Shown here in pieces: positions 26,750-37,800 of a DNA stretch of 64,000 bases. Source of the stretch: a virus. Its lineage: Duplodnaviria > Caudoviricetes. The DNA lies in the IMG/VR virus record IMGVR_UViG_2925282926_000001, positions 32,001-96,000 of that record; one strand, written 5' to 3'. The notes under the pieces are model-generated. The model searched no databases and was not told where the DNA came from. It saw only the letters and a list, made by a program, of their open reading frames with translations. Position 1 is the first letter of the stretch; every line of letters begins with the position of its first letter. Made by a program: the position numbers and the translations under genes.

Positions 26750-27655
26750 TTACTTCGCCTCCTTTACGGGAACAGCGTCAACAGCTCCGAAGAATCCGCG
26801 CCGATACATTACGGTAATAACGCGGTAAAAGTCATAGCTTCCGTCGTTCGCGGTATCAATTGCGCCAACCTTTTTCGCAGCCACGCACGCAGCTTCGGCC
26901 CACGCCGGCACTTTCGCCATTTTGTCGCGTCCCTCTAACGTTTCAATCCGTTTGGCCTGCGCGGCTACCGTTTCCTGTAGCGCTTTAAACGCGGCTTTCT
27001 CTTCGATTGTCATCGCGTCATCATCTCCGTTCTTTAATTTCGCAAGCTCGGCCACAATGTCCGGAATGAACGATTTCTGCGCAGCCTCTTTCGAATTGCC
27101 TGCGCCCCAAAACGCTGTGCCCGGACACGTCTTCGATGACTTTCCGGCCGTATAATCGCCGAGCCACGTTCCGTCCGCTTTATACCACGCGTGATAAACG
27201 ATGGTGTTAACGGAAGGCGTAATCGATAACTTTTCGCACAGACAAGCGTACATGTGAGCGATTGTGTCCCGCTGCGCCTCCGTCATCGTATCCGCGCCCT
27301 TATCGAAGTTACCTACATGCTCGATACACAACGCGCCAGTGTTCGCGCCTTTAATGCCGGCTGGCGTTGAGTTGAGATTCCGGTCGAGACTAATCGCAAT
27401 CTTTCCGTCCTCGAACGTCGTGATATTCTGGCCTGTTCCGGACCACCCTTGTGATAAGTGAAACCTCCGCATGCCTTCAAGACAATCGAAATGATCTTGT
27501 TGCGCGAGGCCGGCGACCATTCTACGCGTGATGTAGTTAGGCGCGGCTGTGTGGTGAACTTGGAGGCGTTCAATTTTACGCGTAATATTCTGCGCCTTGA
27601 GCCAATCGCGGAACTCTCGCTGATCCATTAGTAGGAAGTTACCCTTCGTAATCAC
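26750..27655 (-). CDS. Endolysin, N-acetylmuramoyl-L-alanine amidase (Amidase_2)
   Basis: VHHT, IEHVGNFD, YHAW, KTCPG zinc ligands. Confidence 0.9.
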   Translation of the reverse strand: MITKGNFLLMDQREFRDWLKAQNITRKIERLQVHHTAAPNYITRRMVAGLAQQDHFDCLEGMRRFHLSQGWSGTGQNITTFEDGKIAISLDRNLNSTPAGIKGANTGALCIEHVGNFDKGADTMTEAQRDTIAHMYACLCEKLSITPSVNTIVYHAWYKADGTWLGDYTAGKSSKTCPGTAFWGAGNSKEAAQKSFIPDIVAELAKLKNGDDDAMTIEEKAAFKALQETVAAQAKRIETLEGRDKMAKVPAWAEAACVAAKKVGAIDTANDGSYDFYRVITVMYRRGFFGAVDAVPVKEAK

Positions 27656-27656
27656 G

Positions 27657-27965
27657 TTATCTCTCCCCTTTCATTACGGACTTGATCTCCGTTACATCTA
27701 ACGAAAGCCCTTCATACTGAGACGCAAGCGTTTCGAATCGTCCCGTTAAATCTTCCGCCAAACGCATGAGTCGTTCTTCTCTCCGTAGCGCGTCCGAATA
27801 CATCTGATCCTCGCGTTCTTTAGCGGCGGCCATCATGCGGTCTTCCCGTGCGCGCCCGTCGTCTTGTATCCGCGCCATCTGACGCCACAAAAGGAATCCC
27901 GCCACGACGAATAGGACTGCAAATAGGCCCTCTTTAACCGCGCTATTAAATATCGCTTGCTCCAT
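27657..27965 (-). CDS. BhlA/UviB-like holin-like peptide
   Basis: EGLFAVLFV...AREDRM motif. Confidence 0.75.
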   Translation of the reverse strand: MEQAIFNSAVKEGLFAVLFVVAGFLLWRQMARIQDDGRAREDRMMAAAKEREDQMYSDALRREERLMRLAEDLTGRFETLASQYEGLSLDVTEIKSVMKGER

Positions 27966-28161
27966 CGCCGGCCGCCTCGCTTTCCGCCGCCGCTTTTGTT
28001 TCTAACGCAGCTAATGCCGTTCCAATTTCGTAATCTAATGCGCGGAGAATTTCCGCCTGACCGTCCGTATGATACGCAAGGACTGCGGATATGACTGCGG
28101 CAAGCTCCGGTGCCGGTTGCGCCAGGTCTACGGTACATTCGAGTAGTGTGCGTGATTTCAT
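27946..28161 (-). CDS. Hypothetical protein
   Basis: SD GGAGG; coupled to the next gene. Confidence 0.6.
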   Translation of the reverse strand: MKSRTLLECTVDLAQPAPELAAVISAVLAYHTDGQAEILRALDYEIGTALAALETKAAAESEAAGDGASDI

Positions 28162-28237
28162 TGCGCGATTCCTCCGTTTCTATGCAACGCAAATAAGGCC
28201 CCGCCAATGTTGGCGAGACCCTGCGTTATTTATTCGT

Positions 28238-28777
28238 TTATTTTAGCGCGGCGAGTGCGGCTTCGGCTTGCGCGATATCCGCTCTTGTTGACGCGATTCT
28301 TTCGTCATAGCCCGCCAGTTGTGTTTCTCGCTCCTTGATTAGCGCTGAATCTGCGTTATCTTTCTTTAACGTAGCCAACTCCTCCGCGACCTCTTCGCGT
28401 TCCTTAAGATTCGGAGCAAGGATGCGGTCTTGTAGTATCGCCAAAGACTCCTGTATGCTCGCGGCTGATCTTCCGGAGTACTTATTCTCAGTTGCTTCGA
28501 CCGGAGATTCCTCCTCGCTTGTCGTCACGTTTATAGTCTTTCCGCTCACTTTTATATCCGCCCCTAACGCCTCAGATATTCCGCGAACAGGTACGTTGGC
28601 CTTCCCGTCGATAACAACACCTTTGTCAGCGAGCTTTTCCCCGTTAACTATAACGGTATACTCTCCGCTAACCTTCTTGCCGACGAGTGACTTAACGTTG
28701 TCCGCAAACGCGCCGGCGGATGTCGAAAGAACGAATCCGATCAATATACCACCGGCGATGTATGCTACTTTTTTCAT
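28238..28777 (-). CDS. Secreted protein with Cu-amine-oxidase N-terminal (stalk)-like domain and coiled coil
   Basis: Signal peptide ending AFA; IDGKANVPVRGISEALG. Confidence 0.7.
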   Translation of the reverse strand: MKKVAYIAGGILIGFVLSTSAGAFADNVKSLVGKKVSGEYTVIVNGEKLADKGVVIDGKANVPVRGISEALGADIKVSGKTINVTTSEEESPVEATENKYSGRSAASIQESLAILQDRILAPNLKEREEVAEELATLKKDNADSALIKERETQLAGYDERIASTRADIAQAEAALAALK

Positions 28778-28827
28778 GCTTAACCCCTCCGCGAATTGGT
28801 GTATGGTTCATATTTCCTATACTACCA

Positions 28828-30981
28828 TTACGCGGCGGTTGTTGTGAAGGTTCCACCGCCAGATGTAGCGTTATCTGGATTACCGTGGTTGTGGTTCGGT
28901 ACCGATACAGTATGCGTATGCCCAACGGATGATTTCCCGCTTAGTGCGTTCCAGATCGAATCAAGTTCCGCACGCAATCCGGATATGCTTCCGATACCTA
29001 GACTCAATCCATTAACCGCACCGCCAAACGTAACCGCGCCCTGCAGACGGATAGGATTCGCAGTATTATTCGACCCGATTACGATGCTGTTTCCGTACAT
29101 CGTTAGCGTTCCGTTACTCGCGTAGGTGTTGATCTCTCCGACGGACGAACCGTTCGTATCCCGGAATATAAGCGCTGCAGCCGTCGCGTCGTCTGTCGTA
29201 GCGATCTGAATACGTACGCGTCCGGAGGCATCGTATGAACGGAATCCTTGTACGTCCAACTCTACACGACGCCCACTCGCAGCCGTCCGGATGAGCGACC
29301 CGGTTATCGTTCCGCCGACCGTCGTACTTCCCTCCGCGTACATATTGCCCGCGCTATCGACCGTAAACTTCCCGTTGCCGACGTTGATCGACGAGCCGAC
29401 GATCGCACCATTCGTAAAGTTAGACGAGAATATATTCGCTGAGTTCGCGGTCAAACGGTTAGCTGTGACGTTTCCCTGCATATCAACGCGGAAAGGCGCG
29501 GAGTTAAATACCGCGTGGCCTGACGCGATCCCGTTCGTGTTAATCTGCGTGACGTTATTCCCCGCGCCGATCAGTAGCGATACGAAGGAACCGAGTTGAC
29601 CGACAATGGCCGGCGCTGCTATTCCGTTCGCATTGATCGCTGTCATCGCCGTAGCTCCGCCGTCCTTGCTGAAAATGATTCCGTTAGACGTCATGATGAC
29701 TTGATTGCGCGCATCCGTTTTGTCCTGGAGAACGATACCGCGGTTATCGTACTTAACTTCGGTCTTCGAATTGTGTACATCATTAACCGCCGCCTTAGCG
29801 AACGCCTCGAATACATCCGTCCGGATTGTTCCGTTGCTTATCAGATTGCTAACGATATTCTTCGATTTCTCAAGATCCGCGATAATATCCGTCATATCCC
29901 GCAGCATCACGTTAGTAATCGTAACTTGCGATTGCTGCTCGTTACTATACGGGTATTCGACGAGCTCCGTAATCCGCGCACTAATCCCGTCAATGCCAAG
30001 CGCAGGATCAACGCATTTAACCGTATCGCCGAGGCCGGGCGCAGGTTCCGCGCTATCTAACTTGTGAATGTCCGCAGCCGAAACGGATATTTCTAGCGCC
30101 GGTATTTCGCTCTCACGGAGAGCCTTCCGTTGGGCTTCGAGCAATTCCGTATATGACGTAATGTTCTGCTCGATAATCTCTCCGTCATAAAACGTGTTCA
30201 CATCGGTCGCCCAATATTGCGCATACGGAGAAATCAGGTAATTGACCGCGAGATTGCCGCCAACAATTGCGCCAGGCACGGAGTTTAGCAGCGCCCGCTC
30301 ATCAGCCGTTAACATCGACGTAGGCTGTCCGATAAGAGTCCGCCCATCTTTCATCTGCGCAAACATACGCGTCACAAGCGTGTTCGCATCGTCATTGAAC
30401 GTTGATGATACGATATTCTTACGGATGCGGTACTGCAAGCCGACATCTCGGCCGATCTTCTTACGCAAGTGGATCACGTAATTGTCCGGCTCAATCTCCG
30501 CGCCATACATTGATACGACGGAGTTCAGCGCCTCAAGTGCGTTGCCTCGCCCGAAATCCTTAACGTCGAATAGCGGGAATGTATCGTCAATACTAAACGT
30601 GTACTTGCCGCCAGTTGCCGCGCTGATTGCCGTCGTGAGCTGCGAAATGTGAACGCCGTAAGCTTCCGATATATACGATGCGTACGGGTATTTGTAATCC
30701 GCTAGTTTAAATAATACGTGTGAGCAATCGATGCGCGCGGTTAGTTTGCGACCTTCACGCACACGGCTCCGGTTGTTGATTACGTAATACTGGCCGCGAT
30801 CATCCCGAACATGGCCTTTGAGTACGATTTTATCGAGGTAGTCCGCGGATGTCATCGGAACCGTAAACGATAGCGAGTAGTCCGAGTTGATGCGTCGGGT
30901 CCGCTGAATATCGCCCGCGTCTACGAGGATGCCGATACGCTTCCGATTCTTATCGTAGGATTCGAGGTATTTCTTCGCCAA
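28828..30981 (-). CDS. Tail spike / Tal (phage tail endopeptidase family)
   Basis: RIRKNI, LGDTVKCVD...ARITE; beta-helical C-terminus ending HTH..HNH. Confidence 0.85.
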   Translation of the reverse strand: MAKKYLESYDKNRKRIGILVDAGDIQRTRRINSDYSLSFTVPMTSADYLDKIVLKGHVRDDRGQYYVINNRSRVREGRKLTARIDCSHVLFKLADYKYPYASYISEAYGVHISQLTTAISAATGGKYTFSIDDTFPLFDVKDFGRGNALEALNSVVSMYGAEIEPDNYVIHLRKKIGRDVGLQYRIRKNIVSSTFNDDANTLVTRMFAQMKDGRTLIGQPTSMLTADERALLNSVPGAIVGGNLAVNYLISPYAQYWATDVNTFYDGEIIEQNITSYTELLEAQRKALRESEIPALEISVSAADIHKLDSAEPAPGLGDTVKCVDPALGIDGISARITELVEYPYSNEQQSQVTITNVMLRDMTDIIADLEKSKNIVSNLISNGTIRTDVFEAFAKAAVNDVHNSKTEVKYDNRGIVLQDKTDARNQVIMTSNGIIFSKDGGATAMTAINANGIAAPAIVGQLGSFVSLLIGAGNNVTQINTNGIASGHAVFNSAPFRVDMQGNVTANRLTANSANIFSSNFTNGAIVGSSINVGNGKFTVDSAGNMYAEGSTTVGGTITGSLIRTAASGRRVELDVQGFRSYDASGRVRIQIATTDDATAAALIFRDTNGSSVGEINTYASNGTLTMYGNSIVIGSNNTANPIRLQGAVTFGGAVNGLSLGIGSISGLRAELDSIWNALSGKSSVGHTHTVSVPNHNHGNPDNATSGGGTFTTTAA

Positions 30982-31001
30982 GTGTGCGCCTCCTTTCCGT
31001 A

Positions 31002-31523
31002 TTAATAGAGGAATTTATCGCGATGCGTTACGCGTGTCCGAACGTTGCGCGCCGTTTCCGAATCGCTATACGTCAGTTTATTCGCGCCATAAACGAGGTC
31101 GAAGAAGTCGCCGGTCATTAAGTGCAGCGCGTTCTCCCCGTTAATCGTAATCGTCTGACGTGCGGTATCAATAACGATGACGTCGCCCGGTCGAAATGTT
31201 CCCGTTAATCCGATTTCGTTAATATGCGCGTGAGTTACGGTAACGACGAAATCGGTCGCCGTAGTTATGGACGCGCCAAATAACCGCTCACGGACTAATT
31301 GCGCAAGCATCTCGGTGGCTGTCGTTATTTCCGCCGTCATCGCCATTTCGCGGATAAACTCCGCGGTTAAGTCCGTCGCACTTTCGAATGTAACCATAAC
31401 GGGAAAGTCCACGCTGATTCGCGCAGACAAGTCCGTCGCTGATTCGATTGCTACGGTGAATAGCGCCTCGAATGAGAGTGTTCGGTTAAACGGCGAACGG
31501 TTGAACGGCGCGCGATTAAACAT
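31002..31523 (-). CDS. Distal-tail (Dit) C-terminal-like protein
   Basis: MFNRAPFN start; IDTARQTITING...GDFFDLVYGANKL. Confidence 0.7.
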   Translation of the reverse strand: MFNRAPFNRSPFNRTLSFEALFTVAIESATDLSARISVDFPVMVTFESATDLTAEFIREMAMTAEITTATEMLAQLVRERLFGASITTATDFVVTVTHAHINEIGLTGTFRPGDVIVIDTARQTITINGENALHLMTGDFFDLVYGANKLTYSDSETARNVRTRVTHRDKFLY

Positions 31524-31731
31524 CAGGACCGCCACCGACCGTTTCCGCGTATTCATCCTCCGTGATCCATCCGTTAGCGAGAGCGCGGTCGAAATCCGTT
31601 TTGGTATACGTAGCCGACGCGTACTCTTTAACTGGCGTGACGTAGACGGTCATGATGTCCGGAAATGACTTCGTGCCGTGACGGTAGATTGCGGTTGAAT
31701 ACGCGACTTTTAGCGAGTTGATGATAGCCAT
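31516..31731 (-). CDS. XkdX-like small protein
   Basis: GWITEDEYAET motif. Confidence 0.6.
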   Translation of the reverse strand: MAIINSLKVAYSTAIYRHGTKSFPDIMTVYVTPVKEYASATYTKTDFDRALANGWITEDEYAETVGGGPDV

Positions 31732-32036
31732 TACGCAGCACCTCCGTTAGCCAGCGTTTCCCAAATGTCGATGATCGCAAGGTTAAGGCTGGCCGCTTCT
31801 ACTTCAGTGGCAGAAACACGTTGTTCCAACTCCGTTAACCCCTCAACTGGTGTACCCTGCTCTGATTCAGATTTCAACGATTCGTCCAACACCGCTTTTC
31901 CGTTTTGCCAACGAAAGTATCCAGCGTTTATCCCGATGGGTAGCGGTGTTGGGATATCAACTTCCTGGTAACCTACATATTCGTACTCAATAATATCGCG
32001 GATGATGTCGCCATCCAATTTGATATAAAACTTCAT
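31731..32036 (-). CDS. Putative tail fibre assembly/chaperone protein
   Basis: Follows the fibre gene; C-terminal coiled coil. Confidence 0.55.
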   Translation of the reverse strand: MKFYIKLDGDIIRDIIEYEYVGYQEVDIPTPLPIGINAGYFRWQNGKAVLDESLKSESEQGTPVEGLTELEQRVSATEVEAASLNLAIIDIWETLANGGAA

Positions 32037-32046
32037 AAGGCACCTC

Positions 32047-33900
32047 CTATTGAATTAAAGCGATGATCTTACGACTGTCTCCGGATGATCCGCCTTCTTT
32101 GGCGTAACCAATAACTCCAACGTCTGTCTCTGACATAAGAGCACCCATGCTGCCTACCTTTGCGACCTTCTCATTGGGTACTTTAAATACGTTGACATAT
32201 GGAGAAGTATTAGATACGAGAGCTAAGTAACTTCCGTCAGGAGATATCGATAATCGGTTTGCAGATTGACTCTTTGCATCTCTTGAGTCAGTAGCCCGGC
32301 ACACCTGATCTCCTCGTTGGCTATATGTCAGAATGTCTGGACTGTTGTTAGACTGGACTAAGAATAGTTTCATTTTGCTCGGATGATACACTACATCCGA
32401 TGATTGAACAGGAGTTTTAGTCTGAGTATCAGGAACTTTACTGAAAACATCTCCTACACGCTTGTATGTTATTAATGTAGCTCCGCCGAAATGCGCAACT
32501 GTTAGATAATTTTCGTCATATGAAAAATCAAGACCTCCACCTAGTCCGGGAGGAACTATGGAAGGGTCTGTGATCTTTGACAATATGTCACCAGATCGTT
32601 TGTAAATCAAGATATACGGGGCTACTGTGTAAGAAATTGCTATAAATACACCGGAAGGTGAGATTGCAATATTTCTAGGTGTGCTAGAAAGCGGATTAAC
32701 ACTCGGGTCAGCCAATTTTGTGAAAGTGTCACCTGAACGCTTATACATCGCAAAATAAGGAGATACAGAAAGTGTCATATAAATATAAGTTCCGTCGTTA
32801 GCAGCACGGATGTATGTTACAGATCCTCCCGGTAACACTGTCGGGTCAGGCAACTTAGTAAAGGTATCACCAGAACGCTTATAGATCATAAAGTAAGGAG
32901 ATCCATTAACACCTACATAAAGGTAATCTCCATTCGGCGAGAATGCCAATCCGTTTGGTATGCCTCCAGGCAGAACACTCGGGTTGGCTAATTTGGTGAA
33001 TACATCCCCTGAGCGCTTGTATATCAATAGAAACGGGGTAGCATTCGACCCTACAGCCATATAATCGTTTGTCATGGCTATTCCGATGCTTGCCGCAGGA
33101 GGAGTTGTTGACAGAGCTGGTAACAGTTCTAATGGCGGAGTATACATCCTTACCATATCCCCTTGCGCGATATCCTCGCTATAGGTGACTGTCATTTCCG
33201 TCTGACCAGGTATTTCCACCTCCCCTCCGCCACTATCTGCTAAAAAATCCGACCCTACTTTGCGGAATGTGTACGGCTTTCCAACCAACAGATCACCAGA
33301 TCCGTAGGCTGTGCCGTCCTGTTTCTTGAGCGAAACCGCACCTAGACCGTTGATATTGACAGTAGGGTTTGTCGCACTTGCTACGTGTGGTACTAGCGTT
33401 ATCCCAAACCCGTCAGGTAGTGATCCAGGCGCAGGATTTAACGTAACTACATATGCGGAGGACGTTCCGGCAGTCGTGGCGTACCCCGGTTGACGGATGT
33501 AGTTCGCAGTAACCGCGCCAATCTTCTCGTCAGTATAGGTATTAGCGTCGTCCAACGCCTCATCCGCAAAGCTCTGCGCGGAAACGATAACATCCGAAAT
33601 ATTAGCGCGGCCGGCCTCGTAGTCATACGCCGTGTGATTCCGCGCCGCCGGTGATCCAGCCGCCCACCCTTTCGCAGTTCCTTCGAATCCACGCGTACAT
33701 CCGGTGAGCGTGTTGCCCGTTTTCCCCGTATATAAGATCGTTTCGGCAGTCTCATCGCCGCCCACCGTTACGAGGTTCGGAGCCGTCGGCAGTTTAGACG
33801 CGTCGAGTACGTCAATGCTCGTAGCTGATGCGGTAATATCTGCGGCGAGCTCCGTTCCCGGACTGTTTACCATCGCCGCGTACATCGGTAATTGCGCCAT
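32047..33900 (-). CDS. Tail fibre / receptor-binding protein with C-terminal beta-propeller
   Basis: About seven ~44-aa repeats (PYxxIYKRSGDxFxKLxDP). Confidence 0.8.
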   Translation of the reverse strand: MAQLPMYAAMVNSPGTELAADITASATSIDVLDASKLPTAPNLVTVGGDETAETILYTGKTGNTLTGCTRGFEGTAKGWAAGSPAARNHTAYDYEAGRANISDVIVSAQSFADEALDDANTYTDEKIGAVTANYIRQPGYATTAGTSSAYVVTLNPAPGSLPDGFGITLVPHVASATNPTVNINGLGAVSLKKQDGTAYGSGDLLVGKPYTFRKVGSDFLADSGGGEVEIPGQTEMTVTYSEDIAQGDMVRMYTPPLELLPALSTTPPAASIGIAMTNDYMAVGSNATPFLLIYKRSGDVFTKLANPSVLPGGIPNGLAFSPNGDYLYVGVNGSPYFMIYKRSGDTFTKLPDPTVLPGGSVTYIRAANDGTYIYMTLSVSPYFAMYKRSGDTFTKLADPSVNPLSSTPRNIAISPSGVFIAISYTVAPYILIYKRSGDILSKITDPSIVPPGLGGGLDFSYDENYLTVAHFGGATLITYKRVGDVFSKVPDTQTKTPVQSSDVVYHPSKMKLFLVQSNNSPDILTYSQRGDQVCRATDSRDAKSQSANRLSISPDGSYLALVSNTSPYVNVFKVPNEKVAKVGSMGALMSETDVGVIGYAKEGGSSGDSRKIIALIQ

Positions 33901-33922
33901 CTAATCTACTCCTTTCTCCACC

Positions 33923-34321
33923 TTAATTCGTAAATTTAACGGATGTGCCGCCCGTTAGAAACTTCGGCTTGTCGCCCGTTTGAATCGTGCGCGGATTGTC
34001 GACCGCTTTTGACCACAGGAGATTTCCGCCAGTCAACGCGCTCCGTAACCCGACGTGAGTTACGAGGCCCCAATCCGCCGTAGCCGTAGGAAATTCGATG
34101 TCAGCCGCGTTTTTCACCGTTTGATTGCCGGTTTCTAGCGCAGGAGCCGCGAAGGTAATCGGAATCCTTACATAGCCACCGCCTGTTACTTCCGAGCCTG
34201 TGTCCGCCGGAGTTGGGTCGGACTTGTATAACGCGACGTATATCGTAGTGGGCGCAGTAAACGTAATTCCGCGCAATACGTGGTTGAGGATTGCGGCCGA
34301 TAGATAATTCGAAATATTCAA
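33923..34321 (-). CDS. Baseplate / tail fibre-associated protein
   Basis: YVALY..DP...EVTGGGY.R...FPTATADWG. Confidence 0.75.
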   Translation of the reverse strand: MNISNYLSAAILNHVLRGITFTAPTTIYVALYKSDPTPADTGSEVTGGGYVRIPITFAAPALETGNQTVKNAADIEFPTATADWGLVTHVGLRSALTGGNLLWSKAVDNPRTIQTGDKPKFLTGGTSVKFTN

Positions 34322-34332
34322 AGTAACGCCTC

Positions 34333-34875
34333 CTAAATTGTGTATTCGTTCGTAATTCGGAAACTCCGGATCGTTGTCGTGCCGGTATTCGTCAGCGTAA
34401 TGATCGGTTGCGCGTTAACGTCTGCCGCAGAATCAACGGTTATTGTTTCGGGCGACTTTGTGATCTCAACTTCCGTAACTTTCTCCGCGCCAGTCGGCCA
34501 CGGGTCGTTCATCTTAAGTTCAACGGTAAGCTCTCGCGATCCGGTAGCTCCGAGCGCAAGCGTCCCGTTATAAACCGCTCGATAATACTTGCCGGGCATA
34601 TCCGCAAACTCTAACGTAATTTCGCCGCGTTTTGCGTTGAACATACGCGCTAATTGCGCCAGCGTCGCATGGAACTGAGTGCCGGGCGACGTAATAAATA
34701 GCGTCAGTCCGATCGTCCTCGCTCCGTAGGTGCTGCCGAAATCCAATTCGCCGTCCGTGTCTGCAAGCTTAACGGTATAGTCGTCAGACTCTGGCAAAAC
34801 AGGAAGACGCCGCTCAAGAAGAGCAGCGCCTACAGACGATAGCCATACGTTATTCACTTTTACATCCGGTTTCAT
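34333..34875 (-). CDS. Distal tail protein (Dit, N-terminal part)
   Basis: After TMP; DGELDFGSTYGARTI...DMPGKYY...NDPW. Confidence 0.8.
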   Translation of the reverse strand: MKPDVKVNNVWLSSVGAALLERRLPVLPESDDYTVKLADTDGELDFGSTYGARTIGLTLFITSPGTQFHATLAQLARMFNAKRGEITLEFADMPGKYYRAVYNGTLALGATGSRELTVELKMNDPWPTGAEKVTEVEITKSPETITVDSAADVNAQPIITLTNTGTTTIRSFRITNEYTI

Positions 34876-37800
34876 CGCGTTTTCACCCCTTGCGTTTGAA
34901 GACGTTGAGCTACGCGGGCGCGCTCGTTATACAGTGTCTCAGTGTCAGCGCGATCCGTAAGTGTGACGTCATTAACGGACATATCGATATGGTTGACGAC
35001 TTGCGTAGGAGCCGCAGTTGTATCCGAAGGACCTGCCGCAATCATCCGGAAGAGGTTACCGATTTGCGCGTCATTCAAGATCATTTCGCCTGCGTGCGCG
35101 ATTACCGGAACTGCAGAACCTGACGCGCCTTGAACAACGCCGCCTACTTTAAATTGCTGCAGCTTCCCGGTATCCTTGTCGATGCCGTAGAGCTTACGCA
35201 GCTCCTCATTACGGGCCGTCAACCGCGCCATCTCTGCGCTATCACCTTTCGACTTAGCCGCCGCCCACGCGTCTTTATTCGCGTTGTACTCCGTAAGGTC
35301 GGACGACGCTCCTACGCCAGAAGGACCGGCACTGAGCGTAGCCATCTTCGCGTTATACTCGGTGACGAACGAATCTAGCGACGTGAGTATAGTTGCGTTG
35401 GCCTCTGCGTTAGCGTTCTTGCGGAACTCGGAGATTGCCGATTCGATAAACTTAACGTCATCCGCATGATTCTCGAACGCGTCCTTCAAGTTATCGTATT
35501 GGCGCTGCGCCTCCGTTTTCTCATCGTCAAAGGCGGAGCTGCGTTCGTCCTTCGCGTCCTGTAGCGCCTGCTTCTGCGATTCGAGTTCGCGCTTGCGGAG
35601 TTCGCGGTCGTGTTCGAGTTCCATGCGTTCAACCTCTTTGATGAGGTCTTCGCGCTCCTGGATTCCTTCCGGACCAACTGCGGACGACAACAAGTCTATG
35701 CGCGCAAGCTTTTCCGCACGTTGCGTTTCCCAATCCGCGTCAGAGTTGTATTCCGCTTCTTTCGCAAGCAGACGATCGATCGCCGCAATCTTCTCGTCTA
35801 CTTCCGCGATGTACGCCTTCTTACGCTCATCAATCGCAGCGAGGTCGGCCTTTAACGCGGCGTCAATATTCGTCTTCTCCGTTTTCAAGAGCTGATCCGC
35901 AATCTTCTCCGTTTCGCTGACGAGTTTCTTACGCAGATTATAAAGCTGATCCTCCGCCTTCTCGTAGTACTCCGAATCCTTTTTATGGCGATCTCTTACG
36001 CGCGTCCAGGCGTCAATCTTCATCTGCGTAATCTCGAGTTCCGATTTGCCGGCGGTTTCCATACGGCGTTCTTCCTTACCGATCCATTTCTCGGATGCGG
36101 AGTATGCGTCGGCTACCGCTTGCTCGTTTGCCTTAACGAGATCCTTGCGCGCTTTGTACAGCGCTTCGTCAACGTCTTTGTACTCGTCGGAGTCTTTCTT
36201 GTAGCGGTCACGTACGCGAGTGAGGGCGGAGATCTTCATTTCCGCGATTGCTACTTCGGACTTGCCGGAATCCTCCATGCGGCGCTCCTCTTTGTCGATC
36301 CACGTCATCGAGAAGTCATAGCGCGATTTAACACTATCCTCCTGCAGCCGCTTGAGCTGCAAATTGAGTGTACGCGCATCCTCAACCGTTTCCTTGAGGT
36401 GCTGCGCGTGAGCCTTCCGCAACTTCTCGTACGCCTTAATCTGCTGTTCCGCCGACCAATCGTACATCTCCGCTTGATAACGAATAGATGCGAGGTCTGC
36501 ATTATAGGCTTTATCGCGTAGGTCTTGAGCGACTTCCGCAGCGGATTTTTCCTTCTTAGCCTTGCTCGATGCTGCCTTCTTGGATTTCGGGGTCTTCTCC
36601 TTGACCGCGGAGAATTTACCGGTCGGATTCGCTTTCGCGTAGGCTGATCCCGATTTAAGCGACTCTTTTGCACGTGCCACTTCCAGCGCGGCTTGTTGAG
36701 CCTTGACCTGCTGATCGTACAATCCGGATAGCTGCTCTTCCGCCCCTCCGCTCGCAAACGTCTCAAACGACTTGTTCACACTAAATCCACCGACAGCAGT
36801 TACGCTCTTTTTGAAAGGAGCGGACTGTACGCCTGCAACAGCGCTCATCGCTTTCGCAAGACTTTCGAGGTTACTTATCTGCGCCTCAATAGACGCTTTG
36901 TTCGCGTTAGCCATCGCCTGCAGGTTGTCGATATACGCGTTAGCCGCTGCCGCAGACTGATCGATAAACGACCGTTCCGCCGCGATATGATCCTCGATAA
37001 CGTCGATGTTCTGGCCGCGGATTCGTCCGGATTCGTCCATCTTGGCGTTTAGGTCCGGATACTGTTTGCGGAGTGCTTCCGTTGTGTTGATTAGCTCTTG
37101 TTTCTGCGCATCATCCAACGTCTGAGCCGATGACAACGTTTTGAAACGCTCCAGTAACGCTTCCATCGATTCCACTTGACGGTACTTCGCGGCAATGTCC
37201 GCAATCTCCGCCTCTTTCATCGCAAGGAGTGCCGGCGTTGATTCGTTAATTGCGTCATTCATTTCGCCAAGCTTGCTAGTCGCGTCCTCGATTCCGTCAT
37301 ATCCCATCGTGCGAAGCTTATTGTCCATTTCCGACAGTTGATCGTTGATTTCCAGCATCTCCGTTAACAACGCAGGTGTTCCGAGCCCTTGTTCTTGTAG
37401 CGATTCGATTTCAGATAGCCGTTGTTGGAGGTTAGCGCGCTCATCGAGTGCTGTGTTCAAGTCTTCGGTCTTCTCCTGTAGCAGCTCAACGTCCTTAATC
37501 GTACGCTCCATCGGAGACTGGTTAAGCGTCTGGTTCAACGACTTTTGAGCCTCGTCATGTTTACGTGCCGCTTCTGCCGCGGAGTTATTACTGGATACTA
37601 GTGCCGAAATCCCCGCCGCAACAATTCCGAGTGTTACAGATATCGCGAGTAAGATAGGATTCGTGACAACCAAGGCTTTAAGAGCAACCGATAATGCTCG
37701 GATAGCCACAATCGCGCCCAAGATAAGCGGAGTTACCGTTGCAAATGTTACGATTGACGCCTGCATAGCGGGATTAAGGTTGTTGAATCCGAGGAGAAGC

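Noticed and set aside
32047-33250. Diversity-generating retroelement or shufflon acting on the tail fibre
   Set aside because: No reverse transcriptase, invertase or adenine-specific TR/VR pair in the window; the repeats are propeller blades
33236-33250. T TTT TTA slippery site in the tail fibre gene (GSDFLA)
   Set aside because: The zero frame is open and coherent through the site, and I found no evidence for a meaningful alternative product
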